Shown: one piece after another, positions 46,401 to 54,326 of the stretch | Numbering within the stretch: position 1 is the first letter of the stretch | Layout: each line of letters begins with the position of its first letter | NCBI GenBank assembly: GCA_019414325.1 | Contig: DXMG01000003.1 | Location: forward strand, 28,271 to 92,270 | Direction of reading: 5' to 3' | DNA from: Collinsella sp. | Lineage (GTDB): Bacteria; Actinomycetota; Coriobacteriia; Coriobacteriales; Coriobacteriaceae | DNA length: 64,000 nucleotides | The notes under the pieces: generated by a model | Database searches by the model: none | The model's input: only the letters and a program-made list of their open reading frames with translations | What the model was told of the DNA's origin: nothing | Made by a program: the position numbers and the translations under genes

Positions 46401-49400
46401 TGCCCGCGAACGCGAGCGTGACCAATGATGCCAAGGGCAAGGTCGACTTTGGCAAGATTACCTTTACGCTCGACGACCTTAACAAGGCTCTGGGTGAGAA
46501 GTCCGAGAAGCGCGAGCACACCTTTACCTACACCGTGACCGAGTCCGGCGAGGTCGCTGGCGTGACCAACGACGCTAAGCCGTCGCGCGAGGTTTCCTTC
46601 ACCGTGACCGATGACTGCAAGGGGAATCTGCGCGTATCCCGCAAGCCGGACGGTGATGCGGCCTTCACGTTCACCAATACCTATAACGTGACGCCTGTCG
46701 AGACGAGCGTCACCGAACAGATCACCGCGACCAAGGTCCTGACCGGCCACGATCTCAAGGATGGCGAGTTCTCCTTCGAGCTCGTCGAGGGCGACAAGGT
46801 CGTCGCTACCGGCACCAACGCCGCCGATGGCACAATCGTCATGGACAAAATCACTTACGATAAGCCCGGCACTCACACCTACAAGCTGCGCGAGAAGCTC
46901 CCCAACGAAGCGGGGCTGAGCAACGGGATTACGTACGATAAGACGAACTACACCATCAAGACGAGCGTCATCGACAACGGCGACGGCACGCTTAAGGTGA
47001 CCCATACGCCCGAGGGCACCAAGCCGGCGCGCTTTGAGAACAAGTACAACACTGCCCCGAACGAGTCCAGCGTTACCGACCAGATCACCGCGAAGAAGGT
47101 CCTGACCGGCCGCGACCTCAAGGCCGGAGAGTTCTCCTTTGAGCTCGTCGAGGGTAACGATGTCGTCGCCAAGGGCACCAATGCGGCCGACGGCAAGATC
47201 ACGATGGACAAGATCACCTACACCGAGGCCGGCGAGCACACCTACACGCTGCGCGAGGTCAAGGTCGACGCCGACAACGGTATCACCTACAGCACCGCGG
47301 CCTACACCATCGTGACCGCCGTCACCGATGATGGCAATGGCAAGCTCACGGTTAAGCATGAGCTGCAGGACGTCGAGAAGGCTGTCTTCGAGAATGCCTA
47401 CAGCGTTACTCCGAATAACTCCAGCGTCACCGACCAGATCACCGCGACCAAGGTTCTGGACGGACGCGACCTCAAGGCCGACGAGTTCTCCTTCGAGCTC
47501 GTCGAGGACGGCGAGGTCGTCGCCACCGGCGCTAACGACGCCGATGGCAAGATTACCTACACCGCCGCCGGCAAGCACACCTATATCCTGCGCGAAGCCA
47601 AGGGCGCCGAAGGCAACGGCATTACCTACGACAGCACGACCTACACCATCGTGACTACCGTTACTGATGACGGCAATGGTAAGCTCACGGTCAAGCACGA
47701 GCTGCAGGGCGCCAACGAGGCGAAGTTCAACAACAGCTACAAGCCGAATCCTAACGAGTTCAGCGTCACCGACGAGATCAAGGCGAACAAGGTCCTGACC
47801 GGCCGCGATCTCAAGGACGGCGAGTTCTCCTTCGAGCTCGTCGAGGGCGAGGGCGAGGATGCCAAGGTCGTCGCCACCGGCAAGAACGCCGCCGATGGCA
47901 AGATCACGATGAGCGCCGTGAAGTACGACAAGGCCGGAACGCACACCTACACGCTGCGCGAGGTCAAGGGCAACGCCGGCGGTATCACCTACAGCGATGC
48001 CAAGTTCACCATCGAGACCACCATCACGGACAACGGCGACGGTACCCTCAAGGCCGAGCATGTCCTGAAGGACGCCGAGGCTGCGACCTTCGAGAACACC
48101 TACAGCGTGACCCCGCTCGATGCAGAGCTCGACTTTGACCTGAACAAGGTCATCAGCGGCCGCGACTGGACGGATGGGGACGAGTTCAGCTTTACCATCA
48201 CCGCCCCCGAAGGCGCCCCGCTGCCCGATCCTGCAACCGTAACCGTGAGCAAGCACGATGCGAAGGATGGCATCGCTGCCGTCAAGTTCGGCAAGATCCG
48301 CTACACGGCTGCCGGAACCTACACGTACGAGATCCGCGAGAACGCGGGTAACGCGGCCGGCATGGCGTATGACGGGCATGTCGCGACCGCCGAAGTGACC
48401 GTGACTGAGGACGGCGAGGGCAAGCTGACCGCCAATGTCACCAAGAAGGAAAACGGACGCTTCACCAACACGTACCGCACTGAGCTTAACTACACCGCGG
48501 CCGGCGGCCTCAAGCTCAGCAAGAGCCTCTCCGGACGTCCTATGACCGAGGGTCAGTTCACGTTTACCGTGACGCCTGCCGACGAGGCCTCGGCCAACGC
48601 GCTTGGCCTGCTGCCCGGGGCCAACAGCTTCAAGTCCCCCGAAGCGGCAGAGGCAACGGTCGGACTGATCGACATTCTGGCTGGTCATGAGGTTAAATTT
48701 ACGCAGGCTGACGCCGGCAAGACCTTCAAGTACACCGTGGCCGAAAAGAACGACGGCCAGCCCGGTTACACCTACGATGACGCCGTACGCACGGTGACGA
48801 TCGCCATCGCCGACGACACCGCCGGTACGCTCTCTGCTACGACGACCGTTTCCGGTGGTCCCGAGGGTACGCATACGACGGTCCACAAGAGCGGTGAGAA
48901 CAAGGTCGAGAGTGCCCTGGTCCCGTTCCACAACAGTTACAGCGCTACGACCAATACGCCTGGTGGTACCGCTGCTCAGGTTGTCGCCACCAAGACCCTG
49001 ACCGGTCGCCCGATGGTCGACGGCGAGTTCTGGTTCGGCATCGCCTATCAGGGTGAGCTTGTGGCATACGAAAACCTCAAGCCCAATATCGGCGGGCACG
49101 TGAGCTTTGATACGCTGCACTACGACACTAAGATGCTTGCTAATCTTGAGGCTGCTGGGCTTGCTTATCGTACCGATAAGGACGGCAAGCTTGCCTGGAC
49201 CATTAACTACACGGCTTACGAAGATTTATTCGGGCTGCCGAATGGCGTTTCCGCTACAACGTGGAGCTTTGGCTTTAAGGTTATCGTCGTCGACAACGGT
49301 GACGGTACCCTGACGGCGACGGTCGACTACGGCGGCGTCGAGCCCTTGTTCGAGAACGTCTACGGCGCCGACGCCGTGGATGCCGCGCTCACCGGTACTA

Positions 49401-50800
49401 AGAAGCTCCAGGTTGCCGAGGGCCTGACCCCGGCCGACATCACGGGTAAGTTCACCTTTACCGTGACCGCCGACGAGGCAGGTGCCCCGATGCCCGAGCG
49501 CACGACCGTAACCAACGACGCAGCCGGTAACGTGGACTTTGGCAAGATCCACTTTACGCTCGAGGACCTCAACCGCGCTCTGGGCGTGACGGACGATGCG
49601 ACCGATAAGGCCGAGGCAGACGAAGCTGACGACGTCGACGCTGACGAGGCAGAGGCCGACGCCGACGCTGATGCCAACGTTGACGAGCCCGGCGACGAGT
49701 CCGAGCCCGCAGCCCCCACCGCCCCGCGCTCGCACACCTTTACCTACACGGTGACCGAGTCCGGCAGCGCCCCTGGCGTGACTAACGACACCAACGCCAC
49801 GCGCAAGGTTTCCTACACCGTGACTGACGACGGTGCGGGACATCTGATCGTCAAGCGCGACGGCGGCGACGGTGCGGCCTTTACGTTCACCAACACGTAC
49901 GGCGTGGCACCTACCGATTCTGTCGTGACCGATCAGGTCAAGACCGTCAAGCGTCTGACCGGACGCGACCTTGCGGCTGGCGAGTTCACGTTTGATCTGC
50001 TCGAGGACGGCGTGGTTGTCGCTAGCGGCACCAACGACGCCAACGGCACCGTTACGCTGAGCCCGATCCGCTACGAGGCACCCGGCACGCACACGTACAC
50101 GCTGCGCGAGGCTTGCCCCAACGCACTCGGCCTGTACAAGGGCGTCACCTATGACAGCGCGACCTACACCGTCGTGACCACCGTCTCCGACAATGGTGAC
50201 GGCACGCTGACCGCGACGCACAAGCTCGAGGGAACCACCGAGTCGGCTGGCTTTACCAACAAGTACCACGCCATGCCCACGCAGGTTTCCATCGGCGCCA
50301 TCAAGGTGCTCGAGGGACGCGAGCTCAAGAAGGACGAGTTTAGCTTTAAGCTCGTTGGCGAGGACATCGAGTCTACGGTTACCAACGATGCCGACGGCAA
50401 GATCAACTTCGACAAGTTCGAGTACGACGAGCCTGGTACGTACGTCTACACCATCAGCGAGGTCAAGGGCGACGAGGCCGGTATGACCTACGACAAGTCC
50501 GTCTTTACCGCGACCGTCAACGTGGTCGACGACGGCGAGGGCAACCTCAGGGCGAACATCGCCTTTACCAAGGGCGACAAGAGCGTCGAGGGTATCGTGT
50601 TCAACAACACGTACAAGAAGCCCGAGACGCCCGTGCCGACGCCCGATCCCGGCACGCCCAAGACCGTGACGAACATCGTCAAGACGGTCAAGGGTTTCCT
50701 GCCCACCACGGGTGACCAGCAGGCCGCCGCACTGCTCATGGCATTCGTCATCGCCATGGCCGGCGTCGGAGCCCTGGTTTGGGGTATCCGCAAGCGCTAG
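43436..50800 (+). CDS. giant LPxTG cell-wall-anchored adhesin: vWA domain plus many Spy0128/FctA-type isopeptide-linkage-like repeats
   Basis: Signal peptide (LLAVILAVVLVLPAAAFA). MIDAS DIVMVLDASGSMD and VVFFTDGTPT. Tandem ~115-aa repeats (SSVTDQITAxKVLTGRDLKxGEFSFELVE ... GxHTYTLREVKG ... GITY ... DNGDGTL). C-terminal LPTTGD, TM helix and RKR. Confidence 0.9.
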   Translation: MSKYTRGLLAVILAVVLVLPAAAFAMLPEANARSSTGMDGPTMSGKVVVDPDTSGRWEIWAAGHNGNKVTTQNVGRIWTDKTVKKAGENEASDFVTTLSAMSSTSNSTVTVTTPLDIVMVLDASGSMDDEMGSGDRTKRIDALKSAANSFIDTIAKQNEGIEGVDRQHKVAIVKFAGKKSSKIGNDTYRDGGYTYNYTQVMKDLTDCSGGNVKALKDRIAKITPAGATRADNGLQLAEGIASGRADAKKIVVFFTDGTPTKVDEFDPTVADAAVTAAKNMKDSKATVYTIGIFDGANPSAGIQDSGKRQKENKFMQAVSSNYPNATAWDAHGARAENSDYYKSATNAEELKKVFDDISQAITSEAPYPTEIHKGYDETKSGYITFTDELGDFMQVDSFTEVVINGTPFTKTDKTVNKETNTDTYEFAGKAKDLLITVQRAGDDNPQKGDVVTVSIPASLIPLSHFKTVDGKLSVDNVKPIQVKYASSVKKGALENLFTPEKVTGLKNYIENNTTVVDGTKTVNFYANKWETGALGNTVATFEPADTNRYYYFQKQTPIYADKDCTQPAKNSLAEKGTYYYKDEFEEQGENGEAKPATAVIEFVGGDAAKFDGALVADEDDNLSFSVGTARLAFIDELHTTKKSNDTGTATDVLNPKWNNVSAKATATHVNSYLGNNGKISFNVTPATVDTKTSFGLTKVLEGREWTDADKFKFELSATSENDAPMPAPATATVTKANLDDKGKAAINFGEITYNKPGEYTYEVREVKGDAGGITYSKNVATFKVTVAVKVTGGLKADVEKISGETEFKNTYSAKTETSLTLEATKKLTGRPMADDEFKFALSYAEHDEVLLDATNKGGKVEFGPLTYTTKSLAKLVEEDKASLDASSGKPTWTIHYIAAEQTGKLPAGVSATVSAIDAYVTVVDNGDGTLTATAVYGDAGNEFVNTCTAAPAEASLVGKKNLQVPKGLTPADIAGKFTFTVTGEEGAPMPANASVTNDAKGKVDFGKITFTLDDLNKALGEKSEKREHTFTYTVTESGEVAGVTNDAKPSREVSFTVTDDCKGNLRVSRKPDGDAAFTFTNTYNVTPVETSVTEQITATKVLTGHDLKDGEFSFELVEGDKVVATGTNAADGTIVMDKITYDKPGTHTYKLREKLPNEAGLSNGITYDKTNYTIKTSVIDNGDGTLKVTHTPEGTKPARFENKYNTAPNESSVTDQITAKKVLTGRDLKAGEFSFELVEGNDVVAKGTNAADGKITMDKITYTEAGEHTYTLREVKVDADNGITYSTAAYTIVTAVTDDGNGKLTVKHELQDVEKAVFENAYSVTPNNSSVTDQITATKVLDGRDLKADEFSFELVEDGEVVATGANDADGKITYTAAGKHTYILREAKGAEGNGITYDSTTYTIVTTVTDDGNGKLTVKHELQGANEAKFNNSYKPNPNEFSVTDEIKANKVLTGRDLKDGEFSFELVEGEGEDAKVVATGKNAADGKITMSAVKYDKAGTHTYTLREVKGNAGGITYSDAKFTIETTITDNGDGTLKAEHVLKDAEAATFENTYSVTPLDAELDFDLNKVISGRDWTDGDEFSFTITAPEGAPLPDPATVTVSKHDAKDGIAAVKFGKIRYTAAGTYTYEIRENAGNAAGMAYDGHVATAEVTVTEDGEGKLTANVTKKENGRFTNTYRTELNYTAAGGLKLSKSLSGRPMTEGQFTFTVTPADEASANALGLLPGANSFKSPEAAEATVGLIDILAGHEVKFTQADAGKTFKYTVAEKNDGQPGYTYDDAVRTVTIAIADDTAGTLSATTTVSGGPEGTHTTVHKSGENKVESALVPFHNSYSATTNTPGGTAAQVVATKTLTGRPMVDGEFWFGIAYQGELVAYENLKPNIGGHVSFDTLHYDTKMLANLEAAGLAYRTDKDGKLAWTINYTAYEDLFGLPNGVSATTWSFGFKVIVVDNGDGTLTATVDYGGVEPLFENVYGADAVDAALTGTKKLQVAEGLTPADITGKFTFTVTADEAGAPMPERTTVTNDAAGNVDFGKIHFTLEDLNRALGVTDDATDKAEADEADDVDADEAEADADADANVDEPGDESEPAAPTAPRSHTFTYTVTESGSAPGVTNDTNATRKVSYTVTDDGAGHLIVKRDGGDGAAFTFTNTYGVAPTDSVVTDQVKTVKRLTGRDLAAGEFTFDLLEDGVVVASGTNDANGTVTLSPIRYEAPGTHTYTLREACPNALGLYKGVTYDSATYTVVTTVSDNGDGTLTATHKLEGTTESAGFTNKYHAMPTQVSIGAIKVLEGRELKKDEFSFKLVGEDIESTVTNDADGKINFDKFEYDEPGTYVYTISEVKGDEAGMTYDKSVFTATVNVVDDGEGNLRANIAFTKGDKSVEGIVFNNTYKKPETPVPTPDPGTPKTVTNIVKTVKGFLPTTGDQQAAALLMAFVIAMAGVGALVWGIRKR

Positions 50801-50878
50801 GCACGCTGGCAGCGCCCGGGGCCAAAAGGCCCCGGGCGGCTAGCGGGGAGCCAAAACACAGCCCCCACCCCACCCCTG

Positions 50879-50919
50879 GCCGCCACGGAGGTATCTCCCT
50901 CCTCCGTGGCGGCACTTTT
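50879..50919 (+). terminator. intrinsic terminator after the adhesin gene
   Basis: 13-bp stem GCCGCCACGGAGG/CCTCCGTGGCGGC followed by ACTTTTG. Preceded by a second hairpin at 50813-50838. Confidence 0.75.
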
Positions 50920-50944
50920 GTGTGCCGGGGGCGCCACGAAACCG

Positions 50945-51079
50945 GCCCATCTACTACGTTTGGTCCCTTACCCCCAACCATGCCAAAAACGCGAAAACAA
51001 AACCGCAGGTAGAACGCCTGTGGTTTTCTGCAAAACCGGGGTATGGTCGGGGGTGTCGACTCAAACGTAGTAGATGGGC
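50945..51079 (+). mobile_element. TIR element M3 (135 bp), same family and orientation as M2
   Basis: Identical 17-nt TIRs. Flanks are also conserved (GCCACGAAA on the left, CAGTTT on the right). Confidence 0.8.
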
Positions 51080-51104
51080 CAGTTTCGTGGCGAGCGGTTC
51101 CGGC

Positions 51105-51135
51105 TGATCCCTTGGGGACGGAGGGAAACGGATCA
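51105..51135 (+). repeat. conserved short hairpin H3
   Basis: TGATCCCTTGGGGACGGAGGGAAACGGATCA. Confidence 0.7.
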
Positions 51136-51183
51136 TTTTGGTCCCGCTAGGCTGGCGGAGGCACTCGTGCAGGGCCGCCCGAA

Positions 51184-51337
51184 CAAAACTATGCCGGTTT
51201 ACTACGATGAATTCGACATTCCCGACCATGACTGCATTTTTCTAAATATTGCAAGCGTTCTACCTGCGCTTTTGCAAGCGCGCAATTTGCCGTGGTCGAA
51301 GGTGGACGATTCATCGTAGTAAACCGGCATAGTTTTG
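51184..51337 (-). mobile_element. TIR element M4 (154 bp), M1 family, core inverted relative to M1 although outer flanks are direct
   Basis: 29-nt TIR CAAAACTATGCCGGTTTACTACGATGAAT / ATTCATCGTAGTAAACCGGCATAGTTTTG. The reverse complement of the core aligns with the M1 core (CCACCTTCGACCAC ... GCGCAGGTAGAACGCTTGCA). Flanks GGGC(C/T)GCC(C/G)CGAA and AAATGGCA match M1 in direct orientation. Confidence 0.7.
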
Positions 51338-51397
51338 AAATGGCATTAAAGCGGTAGCAGCTATTTTGCTATGCCGGGGCGCTTGGCCTTTGGGCAA

Positions 51398-52027
51398 CTA
51401 CCCTCGCAGGTAGGCGATGGCGATCTGCGTGCGGTTGCGCAGGCCCATTTTGGCAAGGATCGAGCTGATGTGGTTGCGTACCGTGCCTTCGCCCATATAG
51501 GCGGTGGCAGCAATCTCCTTGTTGTCGAGGCCGCGGGCGATGAGCTCTGCGACTTCGAACTCGCGGTCGGTCAGGCTGGCAAAGGCGGCGGGCCGGCGAG
51601 GCGTGTCGGCCTCGGACCCCGCCCCATCAAAGTCGATATCCTCGATCGCCTTGCCCTCGAGCACGCGTTTACCGTCCATGACCTGCGCCAGTGCTGGCGG
51701 AATGGCGGCGACATCGGTCTTGATCAGGTAGCCGCGGGCGCCCAGCTTGAGCGCCGACACAATGTACTCGTCATCCGAGAATGTCGTCAGAAACACCACG
51801 CGTGCCGCAGGGTCGTGCTCAAGGATCTCGCGTGCCGCCGAAAGTCCGTCGCGCCCCGGCATCTGAATGTCGAGCAGCGCGATATCGGGCGCGTGCTCGC
51901 TGTAGAGCGCGACCGCCTCGTCGCCATTGGCGCCGGTACCCACCACTTCGATCTGCGGCTGGGCGCCCAGGATAATCTTGAGCGAATCGACCACCAAGCG
52001 GTCGTCGTCGACAACGATGAGCCTCAT
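51398..52027 (-). CDS. NarL/LuxR-family response regulator
   Basis: Receiver domain (MRLIVVDDD ... DIALLDIQMPGRDG) and LuxR HTH (LTDREFEVAELIARGLDNKEIA ... TVRNHISSILAKMG). Confidence 0.9.
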   Translation of the reverse strand: MRLIVVDDDRLVVDSLKIILGAQPQIEVVGTGANGDEAVALYSEHAPDIALLDIQMPGRDGLSAAREILEHDPAARVVFLTTFSDDEYIVSALKLGARGYLIKTDVAAIPPALAQVMDGKRVLEGKAIEDIDFDGAGSEADTPRRPAAFASLTDREFEVAELIARGLDNKEIAATAYMGEGTVRNHISSILAKMGLRNRTQIAIAYLRG

Positions 52028-53169
52028 CGGCCCTCATCTCCTTGCTGTTTGGGGACGGTGGCAAACACGCGCCAGCCGGGGGCGCCGGCGCGCAGGCCGG
52101 CGGTGAAGGTTCCGCCAAGCGCCTCGACGCGCTCGCGCATGGAGGCGAGCCCCATGCCTTCTACGACGTTGCTGCTGCTCGCCGGGGTCGCGTCCGCGCC
52201 ATCATCGGTAACGATGAGCTGGTAAAACGACGGATGCTCCATGCACCGCACGGTAATGGTTTTGGCATGGGCGTGGCGCATGGCGTTGGAAAGCGCCTCG
52301 CGCAGCACCGCCGCAAAGCAGTTGGCGACGTTGGCGGGCGCATGCTCGGCCAAAACCTCAAGCTCAATCTGCGGACCGCTGTCCGAGCGTGCGCCTTCAA
52401 CGATGCGCTCGAGCTGCACGGAGAGGTCAGTCGCATTGTCGTTGAGCGCGTGGACGCTGGCGCGCACGAGCTGGAGCGCCTCGTCAACCGTGTGTTTGAC
52501 GTCGGCGAAATCGGCGGCGACGCCGGGCTCATCGGCATGGACCACGCGCAAGGCCTCGGCTTGAAGCGAAGCGCGCGTGAGCTGGTGGCCCACGTTATCG
52601 TGGATTTCGCGCGCGATGCGGGCGCGTTCGGCGAGCGTCGCGAGCTCGACTTCGTAGTCCTGGCGGTCGGCGAGGTCGCGGTTGCGTGCCTCGAGTGCCA
52701 GGGCGCGTTCTTGCAGCTTGTCGCGGGTGCGACGCATGCGTTCCTGTTCGCGCTCCAGCTGCGCGGTGCGCAGCGACAGCAACGTGGCGGCGACCGAAAG
52801 GATGGCGGTTAGCAGCAGCGTTCGGGTGGTGAGCGCGCCGCCGCGAAGGTCCGCGACAAGCGCACAGACAAACACGGCGCCAATCGCCAGCGCGGGCCAG
52901 ATGCGTTCACGGCGCACGCGTCGCGTGATGTCATAGAAGGCAAGGGGTGCGAACGGCATAAATGACGGCACGAAGACGGCCGCGATGATGTAAGCGTAAC
53001 TTGCGGTCTCGCTTGCGCGGCGCGTGCGTTCCCCCTGTGCGACCTCGGCCAGTGAGGTTGCAATAACGCCAAGGCAAAACGCCACAACCAGACGAGCGTC
53101 CACAGCAAGACCCGTGGCAGCCGCAATACAGCACGCCAGCACGATCGATTTGTCGAAAAGCCTGTTCAT
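52024..53169 (-). CDS. HisKA_3-type sensor histidine kinase, intramembrane-sensing architecture
   Basis: Start trimmed from 53343 to the ATG at 53169. About 5 TM helices with no large extracytoplasmic loop. H-box REIHDNVGHQL and ATPase blocks LREALSNAMRHA and GMGLASMRERVEALGG. Confidence 0.85.
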   Translation of the reverse strand: MNRLFDKSIVLACCIAAATGLAVDARLVVAFCLGVIATSLAEVAQGERTRRASETASYAYIIAAVFVPSFMPFAPLAFYDITRRVRRERIWPALAIGAVFVCALVADLRGGALTTRTLLLTAILSVAATLLSLRTAQLEREQERMRRTRDKLQERALALEARNRDLADRQDYEVELATLAERARIAREIHDNVGHQLTRASLQAEALRVVHADEPGVAADFADVKHTVDEALQLVRASVHALNDNATDLSVQLERIVEGARSDSGPQIELEVLAEHAPANVANCFAAVLREALSNAMRHAHAKTITVRCMEHPSFYQLIVTDDGADATPASSSNVVEGMGLASMRERVEALGGTFTAGLRAGAPGWRVFATVPKQQGDEGR

Positions 53170-53378
53170 ACGGGTATTGTACGCGAAGCTGCGCGTGGTG
53201 GAGGGGCCGCCTGCGCAACCGTGACATTCCTCCCGCGCGGCAAATCGGCGTCGATCGATCGCACGAGCGGGGGTTTCGCCTCCGCCCCCCGCACTCGTGA
53301 CAAAGCTCACTGGTACGCGCCGGCGGCTCCTGCGATGATGCAATCGTACCGGGCCGCAATCAACAGAAGGGCCGCCTC

Positions 53379-54317
53379 ATGACAGATATCGTCCGCGTCG
53401 AAAACCTCGTCAAGCGCTACGACGACCTTATCGCGCTCGACCACTTTAACCTCAGCATCGCCCCCGGCGAGATCTTTGGCCTGCTGGGCCCCAACGGCTC
53501 GGGCAAGACCACGTCCATCAACTGCATCCTGCAGCTGCTCGCCTACGACAAGGGCACCATCGAGCTGTTCGGCGAGCCCATGACGCCCGCTCGCTACGAC
53601 CTCAAGCGCCGCATCGGTGTGGTGCCGCAGCAGGTGGCGGTGTTCGACGAGCTCACCGTGCGCGAGAATATCGACTATTTCTGCAGCCTTTACGTTAGCG
53701 ACCGTAAGCGCCGCCGTGCGCTGGTGGACGAGGCGATCGACTTTGTCGGGCTGAGCGACTTTGCCAAGTTCCGCCCCGGCAAGCTCTCGGGCGGCCTGGC
53801 ACGTCGCCTCAACATTGCCTGCGGCATTGCGCACAAGCCCGAGCTCATCTTCTTTGACGAGCCCACGGTGGCAGTCGACCCGCAGAGTCGCAACGCCATC
53901 CTGGAGGGCATCTGCCGCTTGCGCGACGAGGGCGCCACGGTGGTGTATACCAGCCATTATATGGAGGAAGTCGAGCAGATCTGCAGCCGCATCATGATCA
54001 TGGACGGCGGGCGCGTGCTGGCGCAGGGCACCAACGGCGAACTCAAGCGCATGATTCAGATGGGCGAGAAGATCGTGATCGAGGTCGGCGAGGTGCCGAG
54101 CGCGGCGCTCGGTGCCGTCGCGAGCCTGCCGCATGTCCTGGACCTGTCGGCGACAGCGGGCCAGCTCACGTTTTCGTGCGAGGCGAGCCCGCATAACCTG
54201 ACGGACATTCTCGATGCGCTGCGCTCGCATGACGTGGCGCTTGGCCGCATTTATTCCGAGCCGCCGACCCTCAACGACGTGTTCCTCGAGATCACCGGCC
54301 GCGAGCTGCGCGACTAG
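53379..54317 (+). CDS. ABC-2-type exporter ATP-binding protein
   Basis: GLLGPNGSGKTT, LSGGLARRL and IFFDEPTVAVD. Confidence 0.9.
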   Translation: MTDIVRVENLVKRYDDLIALDHFNLSIAPGEIFGLLGPNGSGKTTSINCILQLLAYDKGTIELFGEPMTPARYDLKRRIGVVPQQVAVFDELTVRENIDYFCSLYVSDRKRRRALVDEAIDFVGLSDFAKFRPGKLSGGLARRLNIACGIAHKPELIFFDEPTVAVDPQSRNAILEGICRLRDEGATVVYTSHYMEEVEQICSRIMIMDGGRVLAQGTNGELKRMIQMGEKIVIEVGEVPSAALGAVASLPHVLDLSATAGQLTFSCEASPHNLTDILDALRSHDVALGRIYSEPPTLNDVFLEITGRELRD

Positions 54318-54326
54318 GGGGCAGCC

